IMG/VR virus record: IMGVR_UViG_3300014656_000039
Span: 1 to 49,297 of that record
Length of the DNA: 49,297 bases
Direction: 5' to 3' (one strand)
Source of the DNA: a virus
Taxonomy: Duplodnaviria > Caudoviricetes
The position numbers were made by a program, and so were the translations under genes. The notes under the pieces are model-generated. The model ran no database searches and was not told the origin of the DNA. It saw only the letters and a program-made list of their open reading frames with translations. Shown piece by piece: positions 17,778 through 27,852 of the stretch (its first letter is position 1; each line of letters starts with the position of its first letter).

Positions 17778-18947
17778 CTACCGTGGAGGAACGGTAGGTA
17801 CATATCCATGTTCTCTAGCAAACGCCCGTCTTATCTTTGCTATTTTATCTTTGTCGCCCTTTGCATCATTAATAAATCCCCAAAAGCCCAATTCAATCTT
17901 CCTTGCTGATTCTTCAGCCTTATTAACGGCATCAAGAGGTTCTGTCTTTCCAGACTTCTTCAATTCTACTAGCTTCTTTTGTGCTATTCTGTGTACTCCA
18001 GCAAGATCGGGTGTTATAATAATATTTCCTACCGCATCCTGCTTTCCAAAACGTGATCGCAGACTTTTATCAGCACTTGTCCACGTTACCGGCGTAGGAA
18101 ATTCCTGCCCTAATTTTGCCCTTCGTTTTTCACCTGCTATTGTTCTTGTCTCTGCTCTACCCTCTGCTCCTATTTTACTGGTCTCTGCTCTACCCTCTGC
18201 CTCTACTTTCTGTACGTCAGTCATCTTATCCTTCAATGCTGCTTGCGCTAATGCAACATCCTTTTGGGGGAATTTCTGCTTATAAACTTCAAGCATATTC
18301 ATGGCATGAGAGAAGGTTAGTTCATTAGGCTTTTCGTCAAAGGCTTTCTTGGGATCAAAGACGAATTGCTTATAGGCGGTATCTTCATATTTCTTCTGAA
18401 TTGTAGCAGCATCGTCAAAAATCTTTATTGGAGTTCCCCCTACTTTAGTTGTGAAGTTGTTAAGCGTGTCTATCATTCCAGATTTAATATCGGGGGATAT
18501 ACTTCCATCCTTAGTGAGTTTTACAAGATGGTCGGTTGTCTTTGTATAGAGGTCGAAAATATTTGACTGTCTTGTAATATTCTTAATATCAAGGTCGAGG
18601 GTATCCTTCATTGCTTGGGTTTGCTTCTCTTTTTGCTTCTGTTCGCTAATCCTTTTAAGCATATCTACCCCACCTTCGCCCCATCCTTTTCGTGCCATAG
18701 CACCCTGTTCTGTCTCCAAAGGTAGATTGATTGCAGCATTCCCCATTGTTGCATCTCGGCCTGTCAGCATTTCTTGGCTAGGTTGAAATTGCCCTTCACC
18801 TGCTGCTGTAGCCGTAAGTTTTCTACTTGCTGCTCTTTCTTCGGCTTCCTTTTCCTTGCCCCACCCTTCCTTTTTCATAAGGGCTTGGAACATCATTTGA
18901 AACCCTCTACTACCCGTTCCATATTCATGTGTAGGCCATCCAGCCAT
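17778..18947 (-). CDS. Putative internal virion (ejection) protein
   Basis: K/E/A-rich helical, AEGRAET repeats, position in operon. Confidence 0.6.
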   Translation of the reverse strand: MAGWPTHEYGTGSRGFQMMFQALMKKEGWGKEKEAEERAASRKLTATAAGEGQFQPSQEMLTGRDATMGNAAINLPLETEQGAMARKGWGEGGVDMLKRISEQKQKEKQTQAMKDTLDLDIKNITRQSNIFDLYTKTTDHLVKLTKDGSISPDIKSGMIDTLNNFTTKVGGTPIKIFDDAATIQKKYEDTAYKQFVFDPKKAFDEKPNELTFSHAMNMLEVYKQKFPQKDVALAQAALKDKMTDVQKVEAEGRAETSKIGAEGRAETRTIAGEKRRAKLGQEFPTPVTWTSADKSLRSRFGKQDAVGNIIITPDLAGVHRIAQKKLVELKKSGKTEPLDAVNKAEESARKIELGFWGFINDAKGDKDKIAKIRRAFAREHGYVPTVPPR

Positions 18948-18961
18948 TATATCCCCCCTAT

Positions 18962-19969
18962 CTACTTCTTCATAATATATGCACTACTAGCCAAACCAGC
19001 TATATTCCCTACTGCTCCCCACTTAGAAGCAGTCTCACTAGCTCGTGCTTGTGCTTGTGCTATGGCAGCATTAAGGGCATTAGTGGCTTCGCTTGCTCTC
19101 ATGCCTGCCATCGAACCCCACTGACTGATAGCACCCGAAAGTTTCGATGTATCCCATTGCGTTGTGAGTTGCCCTGCATATTGCTGTGCTGCCTGAGATA
19201 GTTGCTGTGATATGTTCTGTTGTCCTGTGGCAGAACTAATACCGCTTTGCGCCCATTGATTTACTGCCTGTTCTCCGGATATTACCCCTCGTTGAACAAG
19301 GTCTTGTAAGTTTAATTGCCAGTTACGCTTTGATTCCTGTAGGCCAAGAATATTGCTCATCTTAGCCGTTACAATATCCCTTGTACCACTGGTGATAAGT
19401 TCATCTGCCCTTTTCCTTACGTCTGCGATTGCTTGAGCACCTACACTACCCTGTAACACTCCCCTATCAACCAACTGAGTCATCAATGTTTCAAACACTT
19501 CCTTATGTTCTCTGTTGATAGTTTCGGTAAGTGTAGTTACGGCATTGGACTCCATTGTATTGAGGGATTCCATTTCCTGATCGCTCAAGTCGCCAGTTAT
19601 CTCACCCAACCCCTTTGCAGCTTGAATAGCATTTAACTGATACTCCGTAAGAGCAAGGCTGAGTTCCTTTTGTTTCTGATATTCGGGAGACTTGTAATAG
19701 TCATACTGCTCCTTCATCAAGTCGTAAGCCATCTGCTGATATTCTGCACTCATAGGCAAAGCATCTATGGCTTGTTTAAGAACTGCCTCTCCATATTGAT
19801 CCCACATCTGGTCGAGTTTAGTAGGTTCTTTCTCTGTCTGTAATAATTTCAGTATTTCCTGTTGAATTGCTGTTTCTGTCTCTGTAGGTGCTGGCGTTGT
19901 GGGCGCATTAACGGTTACATCTCCACCACCAATTCCCAAAACATCTCCAACCCAATCAAATAAGCCCAT
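18962..19969 (-). CDS. Putative DNA pilot/ejection protein
   Basis: MGLFDWVGDVLGIGGG start, Q-rich helices, amphipathic G/A-rich C-terminus. Confidence 0.65.
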   Translation of the reverse strand: MGLFDWVGDVLGIGGGDVTVNAPTTPAPTETETAIQQEILKLLQTEKEPTKLDQMWDQYGEAVLKQAIDALPMSAEYQQMAYDLMKEQYDYYKSPEYQKQKELSLALTEYQLNAIQAAKGLGEITGDLSDQEMESLNTMESNAVTTLTETINREHKEVFETLMTQLVDRGVLQGSVGAQAIADVRKRADELITSGTRDIVTAKMSNILGLQESKRNWQLNLQDLVQRGVISGEQAVNQWAQSGISSATGQQNISQQLSQAAQQYAGQLTTQWDTSKLSGAISQWGSMAGMRASEATNALNAAIAQAQARASETASKWGAVGNIAGLASSAYIMKK

Positions 19970-19978
19970 CTTTTCCCC

Positions 19979-21520
19979 CTATACAATCAAATTTCTTGAT
20001 TTCCATTGATAATGTATCTCACTTGGATAAAACGTAAAATTCTGTGCTAATGTGGCATGAGTCCACTTCAGAGCTAATGTATTGCCACTCAATCCAAAGA
20101 ACCGTAGCCTCTTATGTTTAACTCCTGTACCCGTCCAGCCACTTACTACCTCGGCAGTCAGGTTAGTGTAATTCCCTGAAGTCCTTACCTGTGCTGAGTC
20201 CATCAAATTAAGGGCGTAAGCAGGGGTCATCGTTAACGCGGCCTGCCCTGGTAAAATAAATGTCTCTGAATCATCAAACTGCTTTCTGTACCCATGCCTG
20301 TCTAAAACGGGTAGGTCTTTAGTGGTGTCATTGCCACTAACCACTGTTACAAAGTATCTTGTAACCGCTACACCATTATCATCATTGCCAGTATCTAACT
20401 GATGCGCATACCCCGTTCCATCACCGTAGTAAATATCTTCTACTTCGCCATTCTCTACGCCTCCAAAGCAAACTACCGTCAAACCACCCATAGGATAGAA
20501 GGCGTATCTTCCTGTCTCTCTGGTAAACCGATAATCAAGCACAAATACGTACCGAGTAGCTGCCCCCGTAGGGATGCTAACCCATATCTGTTGCTTTTTC
20601 TTATAGTGGTAGAAGTGTGTGTATTGTAAATAATCCTGATCGGCAATAGATTTCAGGTAATCGCTAAAATGCGGGATAATAGAAGCATATTCCACATCCC
20701 CAAATTCCTGAATACCGGATAATCTCTTTATATCGAAGCCATCCAGAAAAATAACATCGTTACCTACCTGTGTTATTGCCCACGGTGAAGTAAATCCTAC
20801 GTTATCGCTTGACTTGGAATACAACGGTTCTATTGATAACGAACTCGCATCGGTAGCAGGAGCACCACTTACTTTATAAATGTTGTTACGCTTGCCTACC
20901 AAGAGCAAGTCAAAGAACCCGAATATGCCAGTTATCGGGTCTTTACTATCACCTATCGTTTGAGCAACATAACCGGCGGCTCCTGCCGTTGCATAATCGG
21001 TTGGGTCATTTAGTGCCGAACCAGTAAGCATTGCCACATTAGTAGAATCACCACCAAACCACAACCTGTTCGACCATTCAGTAACCGTCCGTCCGACAGG
21101 TGGTGAACCTGCCAAATCTCCCTTATTGCTATCGTCTGTCCAGTATTGCGGTGCATCTGTCCCCTCGTTGACACCTATTGCCTTACCTGCGAAGTTTGCC
21201 CACTGAAACATTTTATTGCTGGTAAGTCCTGTAATCTTACTGACAAATTCACCAGTACCAGAATTGTATACTCCAACTATTGTAGAATACGAGGCAAGTA
21301 TATCTCTGGTTGCGGTTCCTGACCTAAACTCATGAACAGATGTTATACGAGCGGCAAGTGAAGTGGAATTGAGTTTGACGCTACCATTCCTACCAGTAGG
21401 AAGGCCACTGGCATCGGGCAGGACATTGGAAGCATCTGCAAGTGCATTGGGGTGTAATTCATGCGGTGGGGTACTATAATCTACCCCCATGAAAATATGT
21501 CCATAATTGTGTATTGCCAT
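19979..21520 (-). CDS. Tail nozzle / stabilisation protein (P22 gp10 / tubular B-like beta-propeller)
   Basis: NALADASNV...GRNGS, NRLWFGG, LLVGKRNNIY motifs. Confidence 0.75.
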   Translation of the reverse strand: MAIHNYGHIFMGVDYSTPPHELHPNALADASNVLPDASGLPTGRNGSVKLNSTSLAARITSVHEFRSGTATRDILASYSTIVGVYNSGTGEFVSKITGLTSNKMFQWANFAGKAIGVNEGTDAPQYWTDDSNKGDLAGSPPVGRTVTEWSNRLWFGGDSTNVAMLTGSALNDPTDYATAGAAGYVAQTIGDSKDPITGIFGFFDLLLVGKRNNIYKVSGAPATDASSLSIEPLYSKSSDNVGFTSPWAITQVGNDVIFLDGFDIKRLSGIQEFGDVEYASIIPHFSDYLKSIADQDYLQYTHFYHYKKKQQIWVSIPTGAATRYVFVLDYRFTRETGRYAFYPMGGLTVVCFGGVENGEVEDIYYGDGTGYAHQLDTGNDDNGVAVTRYFVTVVSGNDTTKDLPVLDRHGYRKQFDDSETFILPGQAALTMTPAYALNLMDSAQVRTSGNYTNLTAEVVSGWTGTGVKHKRLRFFGLSGNTLALKWTHATLAQNFTFYPSEIHYQWKSRNLIV

Positions 21521-21531
21521 ATTTTATCTCA

Positions 21532-21906
21532 CTAGAATAAATATCCATATACATCCATTGTTGCGGTTACATCTAACGTGGCTCCTGTAACTGGAATAAT
21601 GCCAAACGCTGCCCCCGCTATTTCTATCGTATGTTTGGTAAGGTCGGTAATAACCTTATAGTCGGTTGTAGCAGTTAATAACGACAAATCGTTACTTTGC
21701 TTCCACGTATCGGCAGCAGCACCAGAACCTATGTCGAAGTCAGTCCCGCCTGCAAGACTGCCAGACGGTGTTCTAATAATCACGCAAAACGGTATCATGC
21801 TTTTACCTGGTGGAACGGTGTAGACCGTAGTTTTACCATCTCCATTCTGCAAATCAACTACTGCACTACCTAAAAGAGTCAATGAATTTTCGTTTAATTC
21901 ACTCAT
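21532..21906 (-). CDS. Virion structural protein
   Basis: TTVYTVPPGK beta-rich, late operon. Confidence 0.55.
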   Translation of the reverse strand: MSELNENSLTLLGSAVVDLQNGDGKTTVYTVPPGKSMIPFCVIIRTPSGSLAGGTDFDIGSGAAADTWKQSNDLSLLTATTDYKVITDLTKHTIEIAGAAFGIIPVTGATLDVTATMDVYGYLF

Positions 21907-22097
21907 TATCTACCCCGCTTAGAAAGAACTACTTCACCGCCATTACAAACTACTTCACCTTTATTTGTGATGATATTGATACTCTCCGTAACAACTTCAA
22001 GTTCCAGTTCTGTAATCATCCTGTTAATACTGGCAAGCAACGAACTAAGTTTTGACCGTGGGCTTGACCCCGTTGGTCTTATTTTTGTAAGAGCCAT
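21906..22097 (-). CDS. Small hypothetical virion-associated protein
   Basis: Coupled ORF; MALTK start shared with tail fibre. Confidence 0.5.
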   Translation of the reverse strand: MALTKIRPTGSSPRSKLSSLLASINRMITELELEVVTESINIITNKGEVVCNGGEVVLSKRGR

Positions 22098-22967
22098 TTA
22101 ATAATCTACTTTCCTCATCACTACTTTGATTTGGTCATGCTTTGGGACCAGTTCTTGGTCTAACTGTATCAATCCCTGCATAGCACTTTCATAAATCATC
22201 TTAAACTCTGCCCGTTTCTGAACATCGTCAATCAGCTCTAACGAACCGTAATAAATGCCGCCACGCTCAAGAGCAAACTCTAGCTTCGCCCATAGAGGTT
22301 CTACCGAACCAGACAGAGCAGCAGGATCGGAAGGAAAGAGCAAACTTACAACATATTCGGCATCAGGGGTCGGGTCTAATCTGAAAACATATACAGTGTT
22401 ACTTACATCATACTCAAGACAGAACTTAGTGGGTTTGCCCTGCGTATAGTAAGCATAATCAATGTAGTAATCCGTAGCATCTGACATTGAGCCGGTAGAA
22501 TCCACTGTGATAGTCCCGGCAGGATATGCCATTGCATAATCGGTATCTCTCGTATAGGTAGTGTCCTCATCGGTATTCTGTACTGTCTCGCTATATTGGA
22601 CAAGAGCTTGATTATCCAACGCAACTGCAACGTCAAAGGACGATGTTGTGGTCTCGTTAGTCACTAAGGTAGTGGATATGCTTCGGGTAAACTCTTCTGG
22701 CGTAACTTGGTCGATAATCTGGCTATTAGTTTCATCCTTCATAACCAGAAAACCCATGAAGCCACTTGGTGCTTGATACGTCTGCTGCCCTAAAGTAGTC
22801 CTGAAAATAGTTCTCAGATTGATATGCTTAAACCTGTATCGGGTGAATATCTCACGATACGCATTGTTAGCCCATCTGAGAGCATAGGCAAGCATCGTAG
22901 CATCGGCTACTAAGGCTCCTTCACCAATTCCGTATATAATATTCTGCTCAATAGTGGTTGTACTCAT
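22098..22967 (-). CDS. Head-tail adaptor / tail tubular A-like protein
   Basis: LRWANNAYREI, GQQTYQAPSGF, LDPTPDAEY motifs; upstream of nozzle. Confidence 0.7.
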   Translation of the reverse strand: MSTTTIEQNIIYGIGEGALVADATMLAYALRWANNAYREIFTRYRFKHINLRTIFRTTLGQQTYQAPSGFMGFLVMKDETNSQIIDQVTPEEFTRSISTTLVTNETTTSSFDVAVALDNQALVQYSETVQNTDEDTTYTRDTDYAMAYPAGTITVDSTGSMSDATDYYIDYAYYTQGKPTKFCLEYDVSNTVYVFRLDPTPDAEYVVSLLFPSDPAALSGSVEPLWAKLEFALERGGIYYGSLELIDDVQKRAEFKMIYESAMQGLIQLDQELVPKHDQIKVVMRKVDY

Positions 22968-23470
22968 CCTCTCAACCTCTCTATATTTGGCATCATTGGA
23001 TCGTCAGGGTCTAATCGTCTAGCAAGATACTGAAACCTGTTCTGCAACCTCGTCAATAAAGGGTCTGTCTGAAACTTAATCTGCTGTTGTACCGCACGTT
23101 CAAAGTCAAGTTCTTTATTAGTACCGTCCGGATACATCTGGTTGTACTCTCTAGTCGGCAGCATAGCCCCCTTAATCTTCTCGCCTATCTCTTTCAATTC
23201 CTTATAGGCTTTGTTAGCTTCCGTACCTTTGAACCTGACAGGAGAATGAACTTCGAGCAGTTTCTTCTTGTCCCTGATTTCTTTCTGTACCCTTGCAGGA
23301 TCAGTTATTTTTTTCTGTACTCGCTGTTTATCTTCTTCCAGCATACGTTTCAGGGCAGATATATCACTCTTAATATCCTTTATCTGACTCTCGCTTAGAT
23401 AGACTAAATCCTGCGGTTGTACTATCGCTTTACGTTTTCGTGCCTGTGGTTTCCTTTTAGGAGCAGCCAT
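22964..23470 (-). CDS. Hypothetical basic coiled-coil protein
   Basis: Coupled ORF in late operon. Confidence 0.6.
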   Translation of the reverse strand: MAAPKRKPQARKRKAIVQPQDLVYLSESQIKDIKSDISALKRMLEEDKQRVQKKITDPARVQKEIRDKKKLLEVHSPVRFKGTEANKAYKELKEIGEKIKGAMLPTREYNQMYPDGTNKELDFERAVQQQIKFQTDPLLTRLQNRFQYLARRLDPDDPMMPNIERLRG

Positions 23471-23473
23471 AGA

Positions 23474-23788
23474 TTAATCTTCCCTTTCTAGGTAAAGATA
23501 ACTGACACCTTCGGCACCAACACTAACGTCAAGCCATATATCCTTCAATGAAATCAACCCTGCAGCATCTCCCATTATCTCGGCATTGATTGTATAGTCC
23601 ATACCAGAATCAAGGTAAATTCCATAGTTAGTAGACGATACCGTGTTATCCCCGATATAAACTCTGCCTGTATTTGCCGGTTTTGCCTGAATCGTAACTG
23701 CCCGCACCTTCTTATCGTTCGTTGTCAACTGTTCCTGAGTACCGGCAGTCGTAACAGTTTTAAGTAATCCTACTGGTCTAAAGTACAT
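23474..23788 (-). CDS. Virion structural protein (beta-sandwich)
   Basis: VTIQAKPANTGRVYIGD motif; AAGGAGG RBS. Confidence 0.65.
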   Translation of the reverse strand: MYFRPVGLLKTVTTAGTQEQLTTNDKKVRAVTIQAKPANTGRVYIGDNTVSSTNYGIYLDSGMDYTINAEIMGDAAGLISLKDIWLDVSVGAEGVSYLYLERED

Positions 23789-23799
23789 TTCATCCTCCT

Positions 23800-24147
23800 T
23801 TAATCAACCGCCAGATGGCCGGTCATTAGTACAGCTACCGATGCTTGCTTATCCGCACCTGATAACAACACATGAATGCCAGATGTCTTCCCTACCTTGA
23901 TACCCTCCATCCCGAAGTCTAAGGGTAAGTCCCTGACACCATCGACATTAGTACGATAGAACACCGTACCAACGGCATCCGCAAACTCTAATATTCCCCC
24001 GCTACCTTCGGCTGCTTTGTAAACAGATACGACTATCTTCTCGACATAGAAATAAAGGTTTAAATCCTTTGTTTCTATAACTCTTGCAGAAGCGTTGTCA
24101 TCGTCTACAAACGCATAGCCATTAAGTTGTGTATAAGCTGTTGCCAT
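23800..24147 (-). CDS. Putative virion structural protein
   Basis: Beta-rich, late operon. Confidence 0.55.
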   Translation of the reverse strand: MATAYTQLNGYAFVDDDNASARVIETKDLNLYFYVEKIVVSVYKAAEGSGGILEFADAVGTVFYRTNVDGVRDLPLDFGMEGIKVGKTSGIHVLLSGADKQASVAVLMTGHLAVD

Positions 24148-24159
24148 TGTATTCCCCCT

Positions 24160-25311
24160 TTATTTTGTCCTTATATAAGAATATGCCCAATTCCCAAATC
24201 TGTTAAACTGTCCTTCGACATCTTCTTTTCTGATATAACCATCGTCTAAAGCACGTTTAGTTAGTGGCGTCCCTGGGAACCACCGTAATTCAAAATAGTT
24301 TATCAACGCTCCATACGGTAGTTTGCTAATAAAATCCCTAGTATCTTTCATCGAATCGTGGGTATCGTATGGATTATTAATGATGAAATCGTATTCATGC
24401 TGTATACCTATTTTATCGCAAAATGTAGCAAGTTCTAATATCTTGCCAAGGCTATCCTTTCTATTAAATACGTTCTTTCTTAATTCTTCCGACCCGCTTT
24501 GAACACCGAATCGCACTTTAGTTATCCTTATAAATTGCAACCACCGTAATCTATCTTCATTCATCACGTTAGCATTAGTAGAAATCCGCCCCACCATATT
24601 CATACGTACAAACTGATCGCCAAACTCATCCAACCAATCATCATCGTATGGAAAGATAGAATCGGAAAAACTTACTACTCTAATATTCGGAGACTTAGTT
24701 CTTAACTCCTTTATATCGTCAATAACCTTTTGGGGACTTTTCTTGCGCAATCCTCTATCTGGAGTTACGCTTTCATGACAGTAAGAGCAGTTATACAAAC
24801 ATCCCCTACTGCACGTATAAGATATTTTTTTCTGTGTAGTATCTGCCCCATAATAATAACATCCTAATCCATAATGACTAATAGGCAACTCGTTTAATTC
24901 TTCTTCTGTAAGTGGCTTACCATAGATTATTCCCTTATCAGATAAGTCAAACTTCTCTCCTTCACCAACTATTACATAATCGGCATAATCAAGACACGAT
25001 TCAGGGTCAGCAGTTGGATGTGCACCGCCAACTATTATCTGTACGCTAGGAAATCGTTTTCTCGTCATTTCCGAAATAACTTTAAATAACGGGAATATCG
25101 GAGAAAAAACCTGAAACCCTATCACATCTGGCTTGGTATATTCTATTGTGTCCAACAAGCCATCTATTTCTGGCCTATCATAAGTAGTATATGTAGTGGT
25201 CTTGAAATATACACTTTTAACATTTATGTTTGGCTTCTGTGCAAGCAGAGCATGAAGCCCCCGAATTGCGTAACTATGAACATTATAGAGTGCTACTAAA
25301 GTGATATTCAA
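24160..25311 (-). CDS. Cobalamin-binding radical SAM enzyme (class B methylase-like)
   Basis: KPDVIGF...IIVGGAHPT...DYVIVGEGE B12 domain; SRGCLYNCSYC CxxxCxxC; GVQSGS; probable TTG start overlapping upstream TGA. Confidence 0.9.
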   Translation of the reverse strand: MNITLVALYNVHSYAIRGLHALLAQKPNINVKSVYFKTTTYTTYDRPEIDGLLDTIEYTKPDVIGFQVFSPIFPLFKVISEMTRKRFPSVQIIVGGAHPTADPESCLDYADYVIVGEGEKFDLSDKGIIYGKPLTEEELNELPISHYGLGCYYYGADTTQKKISYTCSRGCLYNCSYCHESVTPDRGLRKKSPQKVIDDIKELRTKSPNIRVVSFSDSIFPYDDDWLDEFGDQFVRMNMVGRISTNANVMNEDRLRWLQFIRITKVRFGVQSGSEELRKNVFNRKDSLGKILELATFCDKIGIQHEYDFIINNPYDTHDSMKDTRDFISKLPYGALINYFELRWFPGTPLTKRALDDGYIRKEDVEGQFNRFGNWAYSYIRTK

Positions 25312-26672
25312 TTTCCCCCCAATAATCTTGACGCATTCACCCACATAATTTTTCTATAGGTTTTATCAGTAATCAAACCTTCATTATGCAAATCGGTCAA
25401 ATATGCTTTAAGAGGAACTTTTTGAAACGGTTTGGCAATATCCGAGCCGAAACAAAGCCTATCGGCAAATTCTTCAAGAAAACCGCATCCAAACTCCTTA
25501 TCTCTACTAATTGCTACATATCCACTTAATGCAGAAAGGTCACCATACAGATTCGGATATTCACGCATCAATTCACATAACCTGCCAGAAATTACCTTAC
25601 CCTCCGGCAATCTCCAGCGAGTAGCTTCTGTAACATCGGCACTAATTTCAGACCAGAATACAGGGGAATGACCAATCATTGTAAGTGTAGGGCAAGTCTT
25701 TAAAACCCTTTCAAGCCGTGGAAGCCCAATATCATCATAACATCCGTAAGTCCCACCGATTTGAGAAGATAAATGGAAAACCAATGGCAATCCTGAAGCC
25801 TCAATCTGCTTAAATAGGTTAATATTCAATTCACTATCAAATGGTATATTCGGTGTATATTCCCCAACCCCCTTACACCCTAACGCTTTATAATGGTCAA
25901 TCATCTTAGAAAAGTTACTATCAGGTCTATTATGTAACATCCTTGCATCTATCCCCATAAAAGGGATTAATCTACTTGGAAATTCTTCACAGATACTTAA
26001 AACCTCTTCGGTTGTTATTAAGCAGTATTGACATTCAGGACTCACAAAACTCATTACAACAGCTTTGTTTATTCCAATAATATTCATTGACTCAATCAAT
26101 TCATCTGGAGTCGGGAACCTATCTTTCCTATCAGCCCGTGTTAAACCAGTAACACGAGAAGCATGGGCATGAATATCAATAATCTCGGAATATCCTTTTC
26201 TTATCCATAACTTACAACTGACCCCACCATTCTTGATGAAATAAAAACTAGGTTTTAAGTATCGCTCAGCCCATTGACATTCTCCAGGTCTGTCAGAATC
26301 GTGAGTAACAACAATGTCTGCTCTTTCAGCCGCTATCCTTGTTGAAACATCCCGCTTGCCAATGGTTTCATTCCATGCTGCTGGGCCATCTACAAAAGCA
26401 AAATCGAATTTCCCTTCAAAGTCGGTTACACCATCCCAAAAAAACACATTGCTTAAAATATAAGGTGCATTCTGTTTTATGCGCTCGTAATATTTTATAT
26501 CCGCTTCAAACGATCTAACATCACATCCACTATCTATAAACCGGCATGTTGATAATCCAGAGCCAAACTCAAGAACCGACCTAACATTATATTCTTTAAG
26601 AACACTACTGATAAAGTCCCAATCGGACTCATTTATAGAAGCTCTTCCCCACGTATATCCGTGAAGGTTCAT
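25308..26672 (-). CDS. Class I SAM methyltransferase fused to amidohydrolase (TIM barrel)
   Basis: VLEFGSGLST, FAFVDGP; then IDIHAH, KGVGE, VFH, IGH, CFGSD; ATGA coupling. Confidence 0.8.
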   Translation of the reverse strand: MNLHGYTWGRASINESDWDFISSVLKEYNVRSVLEFGSGLSTCRFIDSGCDVRSFEADIKYYERIKQNAPYILSNVFFWDGVTDFEGKFDFAFVDGPAAWNETIGKRDVSTRIAAERADIVVTHDSDRPGECQWAERYLKPSFYFIKNGGVSCKLWIRKGYSEIIDIHAHASRVTGLTRADRKDRFPTPDELIESMNIIGINKAVVMSFVSPECQYCLITTEEVLSICEEFPSRLIPFMGIDARMLHNRPDSNFSKMIDHYKALGCKGVGEYTPNIPFDSELNINLFKQIEASGLPLVFHLSSQIGGTYGCYDDIGLPRLERVLKTCPTLTMIGHSPVFWSEISADVTEATRWRLPEGKVISGRLCELMREYPNLYGDLSALSGYVAISRDKEFGCGFLEEFADRLCFGSDIAKPFQKVPLKAYLTDLHNEGLITDKTYRKIMWVNASRLLGGN

Positions 26673-27061
26673 ATTACATCGCCAATCTTGATAGCAGGAT
26701 TGCCAGCCCATATCTCACAATCAGGAACGTCCTTTGTTATAATAGCTCCGGCAGCTATAACCGAATGCTTACCTATATATTTACACGTTGGCATGATTAT
26801 TGCGTTAATGCCTATAAAAGAGAACTCACAAATCACAGTTGGCTTTACAGATAAAATCTTCTCCATGTCTCTCCAGTTCTTTTTATGAAAATGGTGATCG
26901 TGAGTTAAAATATGCACACCAGAACTTACGGTAACAATTCCGTTAAATTCTATAACACTACCGGAAACATCAAATAAAGGCCACGGTTCACGTGAAATCC
27001 TTAATTCTCCTAAGATTATTAAATCGTTTGAATTACCTAAGAGTTTAAATTGACCCGGCAT
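26669..27061 (-). CDS. Hexapeptide-repeat acyltransferase (O-acetyltransferase-like)
   Basis: HILTHDH, FIGINAIIMP, IGKHSVIAAGAIITKDVP, WAGNPA. Confidence 0.88.
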   Translation of the reverse strand: MPGQFKLLGNSNDLIILGELRISREPWPLFDVSGSVIEFNGIVTVSSGVHILTHDHHFHKKNWRDMEKILSVKPTVICEFSFIGINAIIMPTCKYIGKHSVIAAGAIITKDVPDCEIWAGNPAIKIGDVI

Positions 27062-27795
27062 TCGCCATATCCTATTTCATCCCAATCTTCAAACCTGTCC
27101 TGATACGTCCTATCAATTACAAACGGATTAATATGCCCCACCTGTATGGTACAATCAACCCATACTCTTGCGCTGGCCTCCATTTTCAACCTGCCTACAA
27201 ACCGTGTATCCATTGACGCTTTTCGCATATACCTGTCAGGACTAAATTCTTCGTAAAACCAGGGCTTTTGCAACATAAGCAATTCATCAACTGAAAACAT
27301 CAAGACGCCAGAACCAATAAAATCCACTGGTTGAAGGTCGCCGTTTTTGGGGTCAATTACTTCAAACATATCTCTATCAAGGTCATAATTACGATAAACT
27401 CTCGACTTGGTATTGGCTTTCCACCTCCATGCCATCGGCTGAAATGGTTTCATTTTCATACTAACGACATTCCCACGTGCTGGTACAAGTGCCGTTATTG
27501 CATCACAGTTATCTTCTTCTATTCTCTTAATAAGCCGAGGTATCATATCTTCGGGATGTACCTGATCTGCACCGACAATTAAAATATGACTTGCACCCCA
27601 CTCAATCGCCTGTTCACATATATTTATATGCCTTCGGGCAGGACACCAGCCAACACCTCTAAACCATCGGGAATTTTCAGGTCGTTGTAGGTTTAGCGCA
27701 TTTTCACTGAATAATGTCCACATGAACTGACTAACCCACGGATAACCAATAGCTAGTTTATCAACCTTAACTTTACCATCCCATGTATAAGACAT
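27037..27795 (-). CDS. Glycosyltransferase-like protein (GT-A / GT2-like)
   Basis: ARRHINICEQA...SHILIVGADQ (DxD-like), DFIGSGVLMF, VWVDCTIQVGH; AAGGAGG RBS. Confidence 0.7.
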   Translation of the reverse strand: MSYTWDGKVKVDKLAIGYPWVSQFMWTLFSENALNLQRPENSRWFRGVGWCPARRHINICEQAIEWGASHILIVGADQVHPEDMIPRLIKRIEEDNCDAITALVPARGNVVSMKMKPFQPMAWRWKANTKSRVYRNYDLDRDMFEVIDPKNGDLQPVDFIGSGVLMFSVDELLMLQKPWFYEEFSPDRYMRKASMDTRFVGRLKMEASARVWVDCTIQVGHINPFVIDRTYQDRFEDWDEIGYGECRVNLNS

Positions 27796-27812
27796 TATCC
27801 TCCTTGTAGAGT

Positions 27813-27837
27813 TGGAGGGGGCATAAAACCCCCTCCA
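27813..27837 (-). terminator. Strong hairpin after capsid/beta-helix genes (attenuator or stabiliser; no U-tract)
   Basis: TGGAGGGGG/CCCCCTCCA stem. Confidence 0.5.
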
Positions 27838-27852
27838 GATTAAGGGTTAATG

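Noticed and set aside
13227-18566. Long + strand ORFs antisense to structural genes (e.g. 16059-16577, 16695-17282)
   Set aside because: Shadow ORFs without RBS, S/L/F-biased composition
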